This document shows positions 54,955 to 64,000 of a DNA stretch of 64,000 nucleotides, one piece after another. Both the position numbers and the translations under genes were made by a program. Each line of letters starts with the position of its first letter. The stretch's first letter is position 1. The notes beneath the pieces are model-generated. The model was not told where the DNA came from and did not search any database. It was given only the letters and a program-made list of their open reading frames with translations. The DNA is from a virus (lineage: Duplodnaviria > Heunggongvirae > Uroviricota > Caudoviricetes). The stretch lies in the IMG/VR virus record IMGVR_UViG_3300015365_000054, one strand, 5' to 3'.

Positions 54955-55364
54955 TATACCATATTCCGCAAAATTTTACCAATCTCCAATAAAGCATCTG
55001 CTGCGCCAAAAGCGGCTTCTCTATTATCTATAGCAGATTCAGCAACACTTCGTAATTGATTTATTCTATCTGTATGTGCTTTGATTTCATTTAATCCATA
55101 TCCGGTTTCCCGTGAAACCTCTGTCCTATTCAGGATATCAATATCTCTTTCAGCATCACTTGCCACTCTATGCCAATTTCTAGCTGATCTGACAAAGGAA
55201 TTGGCGGCAGTATTACATAGCACATCAATTGGTCTCTCAACACCACGATACACATTATCATATGGGATTTCAGTTTCTGTCATTTGTGCTTCCCCTGCAT
55301 TTAACATATTCATTATAATCCAATTGCAATATATCCTCAATTGCCTTATCCGGATCAATTCCAA
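54954..55364 (-). CDS. hypothetical protein (start probably MTETE)
   Basis: The 5' part overlaps 55270..55461. Confidence 0.55.
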   Translation of the reverse strand: MELIRIRQLRIYCNWIIMNMLNAGEAQMTETEIPYDNVYRGVERPIDVLCNTAANSFVRSARNWHRVASDAERDIDILNRTEVSRETGYGLNEIKAHTDRINQLRSVAESAIDNREAAFGAADALLEIGKILRNMV

Positions 55365-55461
55365 AATCTTCCATATCTTTTCTTGCTTGATCAGGGAGAT
55401 TAACTATTTGCTTGGCTCTCCATTCTTCGTAAGGTATAATTTTGTCCATACTCACCTCCAA
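55270..55461 (-). CDS. small hypothetical protein
   Basis: IPYEEWR; GGAGGT RBS before MDK. Confidence 0.55.
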   Translation of the reverse strand: MEVSMDKIIPYEEWRAKQIVNLPDQARKDMEDFGIDPDKAIEDILQLDYNEYVKCRGSTNDRN

Positions 55462-55688
55462 AACTCTTTCTTAGCCTGTTCCCAAACTTCCCTTGGGTGC
55501 ATCAAACACCACAATCCAATATAAAATGGAGCAATAATAATACACAGTATTTTGAAGTTCCATAGTGGTTTAACATCCACAATTTTTTGCATAGGTATAA
55601 TTAAAGGAAGCGACATAACCGCAACCCACACAATCTGATAGATTGCACAACAAAGGAACAACCACCCACCACCAGTTAGCCGTTTCAT
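55452..55688 (-). CDS. small membrane protein
   Basis: Two hydrophobic segments. Confidence 0.55.
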   Translation of the reverse strand: MKRLTGGGWLFLCCAIYQIVWVAVMSLPLIIPMQKIVDVKPLWNFKILCIIIAPFYIGLWCLMHPREVWEQAKKEFWR

Positions 55689-55858
55689 TCTTTAATCTCC
55701 TCACTGTGTCCACATGCAGGACATTTTAAAACATTGATAAGTTCTAATGTTTCTGCGTTTATCATCGGCGGTCGAATGATAAACGAGACGTTCGATTCTA
55801 TATCGGGTTTAATCGCTTTACCTAAAATCATTTCAGTTCCACATTTTGGACAAATCAT
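55685..55858 (-). CDS. 57-aa Zn-ribbon protein (not in ORF track)
   Basis: MICPKCG...LKCPACGHS. Confidence 0.6.
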   Translation of the reverse strand: MICPKCGTEMILGKAIKPDIESNVSFIIRPPMINAETLELINVLKCPACGHSEEIKE

Positions 55859-56121
55859 TCTTCAACTCCATAAAAGTGTTCTAAAATCTTTTCATCTAAA
55901 TGAAGAAAGTACCCGCACGATTCTAATGGCACTTCTTTATATACTTCATTGGTAATAGATCTACATTCTGCCACAATCAACTTAGCAAATTTCTCTAAAT
56001 GATCTGTGGTACAGCCAATGTTCCATTTAATTCTTTCTGGTATACCAGCATCTGGCATAACCAAATCCATTAAAATAGAGCCAGCATGTTGTTCAGCCAA
56101 TTCTTTAATTTTTTGATTCAT
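55855..56121 (-). CDS. small EKFAxLIxxEC-family protein
   Basis: MNQKIKELAEQ...LEKFAKLIVAEC...ILEHFYGVE. Confidence 0.65.
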   Translation of the reverse strand: MNQKIKELAEQHAGSILMDLVMPDAGIPERIKWNIGCTTDHLEKFAKLIVAECRSITNEVYKEVPLESCGYFLHLDEKILEHFYGVEE

Positions 56122-56251
56122 TTAAAGCCTCTCTACATTCAATTAATAAGTCTCTCACCACATCATGATTGGCAAGCTCCGGATTAAATAATCCACCAGT
56201 TGATAAATATTCTGTAATCTTATCAACCAATTGTTTGTTCCGTTCATTCAT
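56105..56251 (-). CDS. 48-aa hypothetical protein (not in ORF track)
   Basis: ITEYLSTGGLFNPELANHDVVRDLLIECR. Confidence 0.6.
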   Translation of the reverse strand: MNERNKQLVDKITEYLSTGGLFNPELANHDVVRDLLIECREALNESKN

Positions 56252-56486
56252 CATTTGGTGCTCGTGTGATAGGTTTGGTATTCATCTCTTTGAGAATTTG
56301 TTTAAGAGTGTCGCAAAATTTGTCAACGTCATATTCATCTATTGACCAACGCTCTGTTTTAATAATCAGAAAATGACCAACACCGCTGTTTTGTGTTTGC
56401 ACAGTTAGATATTGACCACCAACATTTGAGTCGCATGTGTCAGGATCTTGATAATAAATGTGAGTTTTTTCGACAATTTCCATCAT
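56244..56486 (-). CDS. hypothetical protein
   Basis: YYQDPD.CD...GHFLIIKTERWSID. Confidence 0.65.
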   Translation of the reverse strand: MMEIVEKTHIYYQDPDTCDSNVGGQYLTVQTQNSGVGHFLIIKTERWSIDEYDVDKFCDTLKQILKEMNTKPITRAPNDE

Positions 56487-57002
56487 TTACTCAATATCCT
56501 CATACAATAAAACCAACTATTAGTTAATCTACATTGTTTCCACATATAAATTTCATACCAAATTCCCAGAGCAATAACAGCAACAATTGCTGTTCCCATT
56601 ACTAAAATCATTATCTTATTTTTCATTAATCTCCCCACTACATGGCTCCCATATTATAGTCACTGTTGGGATTGATTCTACAGTAGGATTGAATCTAACG
56701 TCAAATGCTTCGGTAACATCACGACTTACATCGACTATTGAGTCGCCATCATATTGTTTTTCGAATATAGCATTCTTTTCTGACTAATTCATATCTAATT
56801 GATCCATGTGTAATAGGCTCAGATACTTTTTCTCGGACAAGTTTGACTCTTCCTTCCGTGTTAGTCCTACCTAGAAATACATTCTTGTAGTAGACTTTCC
56901 ATTCATACAAATTTTCATCAATCATTTTACCTCTATCAAAGGTTTATAAGCACTACCACCCCACCAAACATCCCGCCATCGGCATATGGAAATTTGTTCA
57001 TT

Positions 57003-57476
57003 TTATGGAGCACGAAAGTAAAGATCAAGCTGGAATAGAGTAGAATCCAAATCAGTGTGGTGAATAGCGAATCCACCAGCTGTCTTAAATTCATCGACAT
57101 TATCCAAATGATCATCTATGAGAATATGATATGCTGCCGCATAATCCTGTTTGTATTTTTTCCCAGCTACAACATTGATTGGGCAATCAAATCCGTTAGA
57201 TTGTAGCCAATGGATTTTTTGTTCTTTAATGGCATCATAATAATCCTCCCCACCACTAGAAGATAGAATTTCATAAGGAATTCCTGTTTCCTTCACAGCC
57301 TGTAGAAGCATTTTACCATCAACGTGCCAATCAAGATGCTTGAATTGCTCAGTCAGCACCCAATGCTCCCAATTCTCTTTCCATTTGGTTTTACTGGTAT
57401 TACCATATAGTCCGAAATAACGTCCATTAAAGTCCGTCAGTACGCCATCCATATCTAAATAAATTTTGTTAATCAC
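57003..57476 (-). CDS. HAD-family 5'(3')-deoxyribonucleotidase-like protein
   Basis: IYLDMDGVL, LIDD..DN...F...GG. Confidence 0.8.
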   Translation of the reverse strand: MINKIYLDMDGVLTDFNGRYFGLYGNTSKTKWKENWEHWVLTEQFKHLDWHVDGKMLLQAVKETGIPYEILSSSGGEDYYDAIKEQKIHWLQSNGFDCPINVVAGKKYKQDYAAAYHILIDDHLDNVDEFKTAGGFAIHHTDLDSTLFQLDLYFRAP

Positions 57477-57962
57477 TCAGTTAATCTCCAATCCATCAGT
57501 TCTCTCTGCACTAGGGAATACATTAGTAAAAAGGAATTTACCATCAAGAACAATCACTCTCACCAAACGCCCAGCCGAACATCGCAAGTAATCCCTACCA
57601 CCATCAATCATATATTCTCCCTTCATGACGCAATCATGGCGATATCGGGACACAATAACTTCACCATCATCACACAGAATACCCATGATAGGTTCTGAAA
57701 ATGCTGATTCGGCATTTGTTATCATCCATCCAAGATCGTGTATTAGTGTATATTGCGTATGAAACAGACCAAAATAATTAGTGTGCCCTTTTGATGTGTC
57801 AGGATTCTCCACATAGAAGACATCAACAGGGTGTTCATTCCACCCGCCCCCGCTGTTCTTTGTGCACCAATAACCCATGTATTTGGCATTGTATCGTTCT
57901 TCCATTTTTGCTATACCATTTTCGCTAAAATGGAATCCGCATTTAGGGGTGTTTATAAACAT
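57477..57962 (-). CDS. hypothetical protein
   Basis: SRYRHDC.....MIDGGRDYLR. Confidence 0.7.
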   Translation of the reverse strand: MFINTPKCGFHFSENGIAKMEERYNAKYMGYWCTKNSGGGWNEHPVDVFYVENPDTSKGHTNYFGLFHTQYTLIHDLGWMITNAESAFSEPIMGILCDDGEVIVSRYRHDCVMKGEYMIDGGRDYLRCSAGRLVRVIVLDGKFLFTNVFPSAERTDGLEIN

Positions 57963-57963
57963 A

Positions 57964-58185
57964 CTATACTTTTTGTATCAGTTTAGATACAGAATGCTCC
58001 GCTATTTTAGCTTGAATCATTGTTGGGATATCTGTGTATGGTTCTTCAAGATAATAAGAACAACCATTCACCCAGTTATTATACTTTACGAACTTCGCAA
58101 AGTCAATCATATGCTTCCTGTTCTTGGGATCAAAGGAAACACGAGGTTTCTGTATCAACACAGATTGTTTGTATATATTGGTCAT
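57964..58185 (-). CDS. hypothetical protein
   Basis: FDPKNRKH...LEEPY.DIPTMI..KI. Confidence 0.7.
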   Translation of the reverse strand: MTNIYKQSVLIQKPRVSFDPKNRKHMIDFAKFVKYNNWVNGCSYYLEEPYTDIPTMIQAKIAEHSVSKLIQKV

Positions 58186-58580
58186 TTTAGCACCACATCA
58201 TACCCTTTACTGTTTAAAATTTCAATAGCATCCAACAATTGCAGCCTAACCGCATTATCTTCGTTACGTTTAGCTTGAATTTCTTCCAACTGATTAAGTT
58301 TGTTTTTATATAATTTCACCTTATTGGGTAATCCCCCAATCACCCCTGTCTCTTCTATCCGTTTCGAAAGACGAGATGATAGATTTTTTCTGTATTGCGG
58401 ATCTTTTGCCAATTCTCTAGCAAAAGCCCTTATTTTTCTGGGGGTATTCAAACCCGCAACAGCAAGCACATCATCATCAAAATTATGAAATTCAAAAATA
58501 TCCTGTTGAGCAAAATATAAAACAATTTTATATGGCACCTTCACATTGATTCCTGTGTCTTTACTCATAACAATCTCCAA
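58182..58580 (-). CDS. hypothetical protein
   Basis: Continuous gene run, GGAG RBS. Confidence 0.6.
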   Translation of the reverse strand: MEIVMSKDTGINVKVPYKIVLYFAQQDIFEFHNFDDDVLAVAGLNTPRKIRAFARELAKDPQYRKNLSSRLSKRIEETGVIGGLPNKVKLYKNKLNQLEEIQAKRNEDNAVRLQLLDAIEILNSKGYDVVLK

Positions 58581-58841
58581 TCAATATTCATGGTGGATTT
58601 TCAAATAATCCACATTAAACAATCTCTCACTTGGACGATATAAGCACATTTCCCCATCCCAACCACCCATAGAAAATAGTGGATCACCTTCCATGACAGC
58701 TTTAAACATCACCCTACGACCTGTATGGTGACTATCAACATATAGCTGTCGTGGCATACCAACGAATTCGGACGACAAAACCAAACATTTTTGGGTTTTG
58801 TTGTATGAGCATGTTGCCATCTTTACTGTGGGGATATTCAT
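58581..58841 (-). CDS. hypothetical protein
   Basis: SHHTGRRV.F...WDGE. Confidence 0.6.
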   Translation of the reverse strand: MNIPTVKMATCSYNKTQKCLVLSSEFVGMPRQLYVDSHHTGRRVMFKAVMEGDPLFSMGGWDGEMCLYRPSERLFNVDYLKIHHEY

Positions 58842-58851
58842 GATATATACT

Positions 58852-59139
58852 CTAATCTTCGATGTTCATATCATAGAATGCTTCGATTTCATCTTCGATA
58901 CGATTTTCATCGTCACCATCCATTTTATTACGAAGCCAATCAGCCCTATAACCCTTCCTATCTAAAATGACATATTGGATATCTGTATATCCATAATATT
59001 CCATGGCACTTGATGCTCTACGATTATAAGATCCGGCAATATTTTCATATTGTGTGATCATAACCTGACAAGGAATCCCATGGATTCTGGTGGAGAAGTC
59101 ACCACGCTTTTTCTTTGGGGCTAATGTGTTCGTGTTCAC
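58852..59139 (-). CDS. hypothetical protein
   Basis: GIPCQV...ILDRKGYRADWL. Confidence 0.7.
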   Translation of the reverse strand: MNTNTLAPKKKRGDFSTRIHGIPCQVMITQYENIAGSYNRRASSAMEYYGYTDIQYVILDRKGYRADWLRNKMDGDDENRIEDEIEAFYDMNIED

Positions 59140-59315
59140 GATATTATTTCCAAGGATAGTAAATTGAATCTAAATCTGCCGCATTATCCGCATATTGCGA
59201 ATTGTGATTTTCGATAAATTCCAATTCATCATCGTCCGAATACTGGGGAGAATCCACCACTTGATCTTTAGTATCATCAGACATATATCCTCCCAACCAC
59301 TTAATCTATGGCTAC

Positions 59316-59343
59316 ATTATATAGAAATGCGGGGGAAAGTCAA
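59316..59343 (-). promoter_or_regulatory. sigma70-type early promoter
   Basis: TTGACT-16nt-TATAAT; a 46-aa acidic ORF follows (59144..59284, GGAGG RBS). Confidence 0.7.
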
Positions 59344-59371
59344 CAAATAAAATCGTATTTAAAACAACGAC

Positions 59372-59605
59372 TTACGTGTGATATAGGGTTTTTGAATATA
59401 AAATTCCCAGAAAATAGATGATTAATAGTGCCAGAGATACCACCCACAGGCTGGCTTCCTTCATACGCACACCAGCCCAGCACCATCCAGCATTACCAGC
59501 AAATGCCAATACAACGTTGTATGGGAATAGGTTGAGGCTGCTCAGTATGGATGCAACTATTAACAATATTGTGGATGACCATTTCAGAATAGTATCAAAT
59601 TTCAT
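59372..59605 (-). CDS. small multi-pass membrane protein
   Basis: LKWSST, PYN, three hydrophobic helices. Confidence 0.7.
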   Translation of the reverse strand: MKFDTILKWSSTILLIVASILSSLNLFPYNVVLAFAGNAGWCWAGVRMKEASLWVVSLALLIIYFLGILYSKTLYHT

Positions 59606-60117
59606 AATAATAACCCATCAGGCATGTTGTAGACTCGCTGTATTACGTTAGCTTCGTTCAGCATTAAATTTGCATGATCTATTGAGTAGTGTGTCCCTGC
59701 TCCCTTACCACTAAAAGCTCTGTTTGGTCCTATAATCTCCTTGATGCCAGCTTGTATCAATGCCCTTGTACAATCAGCACAAGGTCTTGGTTCAAAATTC
59801 AAATATGCTCTAGCACCACACAATCGTATTCCATGTCTAGCAGCATTGAATATTGCATTTCTTTCGGCATGTTCTACCCAATTATATTTTTCCGGTCTTT
59901 CCCACCTAGAAGGTATAGTCTCGTCTATATCACGAGGAAATCCATTGAACCCCATAGACAACACAACATTATCATCACCCACAATCACACAACCAACTTT
60001 AGTTGAATCATCTTTACTTTTTTGAGCAATCACTTGCGCTTGTAAAATGAACAATTGATCCCAACTAAGATTCTCACCACTATTCATCATATTAGATTTC
60101 ATCCAGAAGATTACCAT
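59602..60117 (-). CDS. cd: dCMP deaminase
   Basis: S.D.STKVGCVI, GFNGFP, HAERNAI, PCADC. Confidence 0.9.
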   Translation of the reverse strand: MVIFWMKSNMMNSGENLSWDQLFILQAQVIAQKSKDDSTKVGCVIVGDDNVVLSMGFNGFPRDIDETIPSRWERPEKYNWVEHAERNAIFNAARHGIRLCGARAYLNFEPRPCADCTRALIQAGIKEIIGPNRAFSGKGAGTHYSIDHANLMLNEANVIQRVYNMPDGLLL

Positions 60118-60793
60118 GAATCCATATGGATGTGTTGTTTATTGTGGCTGTCTTAATTTGATCAGCATCAAGAATATAGTTACCATTTCCATCAAACGAG
60201 TTGATTGTTATTTCTGATTTTTCTTGTGGTTTTTGAAATGATACACCAGTACTACCAAAACCACCACTGCGTTCTGAGTATTGTGTTGGATGCTCTTTCA
60301 ATTGGATGATGCTAACCAATTCATTAACGATGACTTCACCCTGTGCAATCCTATCTCCAATATTAATGTTGGTAACATTATTGCTAATATTGGTCAGCAT
60401 AACAAATACTTCCTGCTGGTAGTCAACATCAATCACACCCTCTGAATTGGCTAGTACCAATCCTTTTTTCAGTGAAAGTCCTGATCGTGGGTGTACGCGA
60501 ATTGAGAACTGTCGTAGTTCTTCTTTCTCTCTGGTGATATCTGCGAATGTTTCCACACTGTGGTCTTCTCGCAATTTAAATACCAATCCAGTAGGAATCA
60601 ACAATCTGTCCCCACTGAAAATCGTCACGTTTCCGTGGAGGATGGGGCGAAGCACAGGATTATTCATACTATCGTATCCGTCAACAAAATCCTTTGTTGG
60701 GTAGAACCCAAGATCAAAACAAGATGACATACTTGTGCCGTATGAGGGCAAAACAACTTTACTATTCAGAGCAAATACACCCAAACTAATCAT
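60092..60793 (-). CDS. dut: dUTPase
   Basis: CFDL, RSGLSLK, GVIDVDY, RIAQ, RSGGFGSTG. Confidence 0.92.
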   Translation of the reverse strand: MISLGVFALNSKVVLPSYGTSMSSCFDLGFYPTKDFVDGYDSMNNPVLRPILHGNVTIFSGDRLLIPTGLVFKLREDHSVETFADITREKEELRQFSIRVHPRSGLSLKKGLVLANSEGVIDVDYQQEVFVMLTNISNNVTNINIGDRIAQGEVIVNELVSIIQLKEHPTQYSERSGGFGSTGVSFQKPQEKSEITINSFDGNGNYILDADQIKTATINNTSIWIHGNLLDEI

Positions 60794-60817
60794 AACAAAT
60801 CCTCCAAAATAATAAAA

Positions 60818-61216
60818 TTACTGTCTTTTCCCAATCTGATATTTTGCTACCAATTGCCAATCTGCCTTTTCTTTGAAAGAGAGAATCTTTATTTGACTTA
60901 TTGGTGCAACATTATGCTTTGTTTTTTCTGGGTCAACTAGTTTAACCAATCCCCAATCAGAAATCAAATTAGCAATTGAATTTCTACGTGCAATATCGTT
61001 TTCACTTAGGTTTGATGTTTTACCATCCAATTCAAACAATTCCTTGAAGTGTACTATATAATATTTTCCTTGTTTATGGAGAATATGACATGACTGATAT
61101 AGTACGTTTTCTGTCTTTGATGGTACGCCTATTCTCGTTAATGTTTCTCTAATCTTTAAGAAATCATCTTGTTTCTCTAATACCACTTCTACTAATTTTT
61201 CAAGCATTTCAATCAC
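60818..61216 (-). CDS. regA: translational repressor
   Basis: DDFLKIRETLTRIGV, LYQSCHILHKQGKYYIVHFKELF. Confidence 0.97.
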   Translation of the reverse strand: MIEMLEKLVEVVLEKQDDFLKIRETLTRIGVPSKTENVLYQSCHILHKQGKYYIVHFKELFELDGKTSNLSENDIARRNSIANLISDWGLVKLVDPEKTKHNVAPISQIKILSFKEKADWQLVAKYQIGKRQ

Positions 61217-61586
61217 CTTTGTATTGTTGTTCTTTTATATTGGTGATTTGTGCATCACTGAGTAATGATAAAGCCTCGTATGCCTTTGCATCAGAATATC
61301 CATAATACTCTTTGATAAACATCAAATCATTCAGATCCTTTTTATGCCACTTCGCATATGGTCTTTTGCCAGATCTTATCATATTTAGTAAAAAATCAGC
61401 TTTCATTTTATTATCTAAATTTGGATATTTGTTTATCTCATTAGCTATCAATGCTGTATCCCTATAATAGGATAGTGCTCTATTAACCATGAATGATGGG
61501 TATGTCCGTTCATCATGATCCGTCAGCATGAACGGTTTTTTGGTTTCTAGGATAGAAGGTATAATTTCACGAAATAAATCAGCCAT
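61209..61586 (-). CDS. gp62: clamp loader small subunit
   Basis: YPSFMVNRALS, IKEYYGYS..KA. Confidence 0.9.
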   Translation of the reverse strand: MADLFREIIPSILETKKPFMLTDHDERTYPSFMVNRALSYYRDTALIANEINKYPNLDNKMKADFLLNMIRSGKRPYAKWHKKDLNDLMFIKEYYGYSDAKAYEALSLLSDAQITNIKEQQYKGD

Positions 61587-61600
61587 GATATCACCTAGTC

Positions 61601-62548
61601 CTACAGAAACTTACATTCGCACATAAGCTCAGTTAGTGCAGCAGTTAGGTTCAATTCCTGATCCGCACAGAAGGCGGCTTGGTATTGATACCGCGCCAGA
61701 ATAACAACTGCATTGGGAATGGTGGATTTATCCATAACATCATATAGGCTATCATAGATCTTACGATATAACCTAACAGGATCATCATTTCCATTTTCAG
61801 CAACCCATTTACGCATCTGAGTAAAGTTCTGATTCTTTAGTGCTGTAACCAATCCAGACAAAGACACATCAACCAGATTACTCAATATACCAATATCAAT
61901 CGTGCCATTAACAGAGTATCTCTGTAGTTCATTAATAATACGTCGATAATCAGGAAAATGTTTATTCAGAACCTGTGCGACCACTTCCCTATCAAATGTA
62001 ATATTTTCATTTTTCAGAATAGCAGATATTCTCTTCATGAAAAGAGCAGCCATCTTTGGCCTATCATCGCCTCTCAATTTGAAATCTATTATTGCACATC
62101 TACTCTGTAATGGCTCAATGATTCTATTGATATAGTTACATGTTAAGATGAAAGTGCAATTGTTGGCAAATTCCTCCATAGCAGCTCTCATAGCAGGTTG
62201 AGTAGAATTCGGATTTAGATAATCCGCTTCATCAATGATGATAACCTTTTTAGAATCACTGAGTAATGATAATGATGATGCATATTCCTTGATCTTCATT
62301 CTAAATGTGTCAATACCAGATTCATCTGAACCATTGATTACCATGTAATCACAACCAACCTCATTACACAATGCTTTTGCTACTGTGGTTTTTCCCACAC
62401 CAGCAGTTCCGGTTAGCAATAGATGTGGAATTTCTTTCCTATTGACATATCCCTGAAATGTTTTTTTGTATTCATCTGGTAGAATGCAGTCAGCAATTAT
62501 TTGTGGTCTGTATTTTTCTGTCCACAGCGATTCATTTAAATTTGTCAC
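61601..62548 (-). CDS. gp44: clamp loader ATPase subunit
   Basis: WTEKYRP, GTAGVGKTT, IDEAD, SRC. Confidence 0.97.
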   Translation of the reverse strand: MTNLNESLWTEKYRPQIIADCILPDEYKKTFQGYVNRKEIPHLLLTGTAGVGKTTVAKALCNEVGCDYMVINGSDESGIDTFRMKIKEYASSLSLLSDSKKVIIIDEADYLNPNSTQPAMRAAMEEFANNCTFILTCNYINRIIEPLQSRCAIIDFKLRGDDRPKMAALFMKRISAILKNENITFDREVVAQVLNKHFPDYRRIINELQRYSVNGTIDIGILSNLVDVSLSGLVTALKNQNFTQMRKWVAENGNDDPVRLYRKIYDSLYDVMDKSTIPNAVVILARYQYQAAFCADQELNLTAALTELMCECKFL

Positions 62549-62572
62549 ATTAACCTCATTATAAAATAACGA

Positions 62573-62875
62573 TTATTTCTTTCGCCACGTAAAACCCAAT
62601 ACTTTATATATAAACAAAGCAAATATATTAGGTCGTTTTGTTGATGTTATTACAACCGGAACATTATCCATATCAATGTTCAACTGTGTATAAGGTCGTA
62701 CACAACTACCAAATTGTGCACCAGTAGGTAATACAATAGTATTATTGTGTGCATTAAATTGGATTATATTTGATGTGCTGCTCCTCATTGCATATGTGTT
62801 GGATTCAGAGAAATCCAAATCCAACACATTTTGCTCAGTCAGCGGGAAAAAGAATTCAAATTCTAGCTGATACAT
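62573..62875 (-). CDS. hypothetical protein
   Basis: Continuous gene run. Confidence 0.55.
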   Translation of the reverse strand: MYQLEFEFFFPLTEQNVLDLDFSESNTYAMRSSTSNIIQFNAHNNTIVLPTGAQFGSCVRPYTQLNIDMDNVPVVITSTKRPNIFALFIYKVLGFTWRKK

Positions 62876-62884
62876 GATCGTATA

Positions 62885-63142
62885 TTATTCTTTAGGTACG
62901 ATCTGGCTATAAATATCAGATAATTCCTCATTGGTAGCAACTTCTTCTTCAATGCTGCGCTTGTGGTAAACTTTAGCAAGCTTTCTAGAAATCTTCTTTT
63001 CCATCTCAAATTCATCATGCATTCTTTGCAGAATATCCTTGATAAGATCCCGTTCCGCTGAAATTCGAGTCAGTGATACTGAAATTTCCTCAAGACAATT
63101 CTTAACGCCCTTCTTTTGCACATCACTCAGTCTCATAAACAC
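62885..63142 (-). CDS. dsbA: T4 DsbA-like double-stranded DNA-binding protein
   Basis: LIKDI...KLAKVYHK....E...NEE...IY. Confidence 0.65.
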   Translation of the reverse strand: MFMRLSDVQKKGVKNCLEEISVSLTRISAERDLIKDILQRMHDEFEMEKKISRKLAKVYHKRSIEEEVATNEELSDIYSQIVPKE

Positions 63143-63156
63143 CTCATATAATAAAA

Positions 63157-63852
63157 TTAAACAAACTTAGAATTACTCTCAATCGCAATAAAATAAGTTA
63201 TGTTGATTGTTTTATGCTTGAATCTAGCAAGACCTTTCTTTGAGATAGAAACATCATATGAACCATCAAGTAACTTGAAATTATCCGACTTTATATTAAC
63301 AACAAACTTATTACCATCACCATCACCCAACCGAATCTTCGTCGTATCTGCATCATCCTTACTTGGATCAGATGCGCTAAAATAAATACTCTCACCATCA
63401 CTCTCAAATACGAATATGGGGAGTCTTGATATATTCGCACTCTTTCGCATCCAATCAATATCATCCTGACTGATTGATAATTCACAATCAGGACTAGGTA
63501 TATTGATGGTTTTGTCTGGTGGAGATACTACCACCTTCGGTGCGGAATAGCGAATCGTATCCATCTTATTCCTATTGTTATTGGATATACTAAGATTAGT
63601 ATCATTGAAATCAATGTCGGCATCCTTGTATAAGGAAATCTTAGCCAAAAGTTTATTCAAGTCATATAGGGCAAACTCTTTAGGGAAATTCTCATTCACA
63701 ATTGCTTCGGCAAACACTGTGGAATTAGGTGAAATCGTCCTGATAACATTTCCCTGCTTAATCTTCAAGCCAGTATTGATCGTCGAAAAGTTTTTTAGAA
63801 TCTGAATTGTATTATCTGATATTTTCATTATCCACCTCATAAGAATCAACAT
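63157..63852 (-). CDS. gp45: sliding clamp (start probably MKISD)
   Basis: ILKNFSTIN, FALYDLNKLL, YFIAIE; synteny with genes 44/62. Confidence 0.93.
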   Translation of the reverse strand: MLILMRWIMKISDNTIQILKNFSTINTGLKIKQGNVIRTISPNSTVFAEAIVNENFPKEFALYDLNKLLAKISLYKDADIDFNDTNLSISNNNRNKMDTIRYSAPKVVVSPPDKTINIPSPDCELSISQDDIDWMRKSANISRLPIFVFESDGESIYFSASDPSKDDADTTKIRLGDGDGNKFVVNIKSDNFKLLDGSYDVSISKKGLARFKHKTINITYFIAIESNSKFV

Positions 63853-63853
63853 T

Positions 63854-63882
63854 ATTATATAATGATTTCATCACTTTATCAA
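63854..63882 (-). promoter_or_regulatory. sigma70-type promoter for gene 45
   Basis: TTGATA-17nt-TATAAT with A-tract. Confidence 0.65.
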
Positions 63883-64000
63883 CTTTTTTGGGGATATCAT
63901 CAATAGCAGAATTAACAACAACAACATCTATTGGTGCTCCAATCCATGCCCATTCACTGTAATGAGCATCGGTTTCTGGTTTCATCTGTGTCGCTTTAAT

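Noticed and set aside
56625-56780. Start-less frame NAIFEKQYDGDSIVDVSRDVTEAFDVRFNP resembling a phage gene remnant
   Set aside because: Plausible pseudogene, but there is no start codon and I cannot confirm homology without a search
1-64000. Stop-codon reassignment
   Set aside because: Core genes translate full length under the standard code with tight gene packing

Overview
64 kb fragment of a large T4-like (gp41/43/44/45/61/62, UvsX, RegA, DsbA) myovirus genome. Essentially all genes are on the minus strand. In coordinate order: (1) 1-5.6 kb, a hypervariable zone of small modular genes with direct repeats, a duplicated cassette slot and fusion scars; (2) 5.6-13 kb, an RNA ligase 1 plus P-loop kinase and a DUF2828/vWA (Ro/TROVE-like) gene whose leader holds three tandem stem-closed RNA units, one a circularly permuted tRNA mimic (top finding); (3) 14-29 kb, two DNA methyltransferases, DNA ligase, RuvC-like resolvase, glycan enzymes, NrdAB/thioredoxin, ThyX and primase; (4) 29-44 kb, a late block with a lysis cassette, collagen-like fibres and putative capsid-internal proteins including Dps; (5) 44-64 kb, the replication core interleaved with glycosyltransferases and small accessory genes. 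All product calls come from motifs read by eye; no database searches were run.
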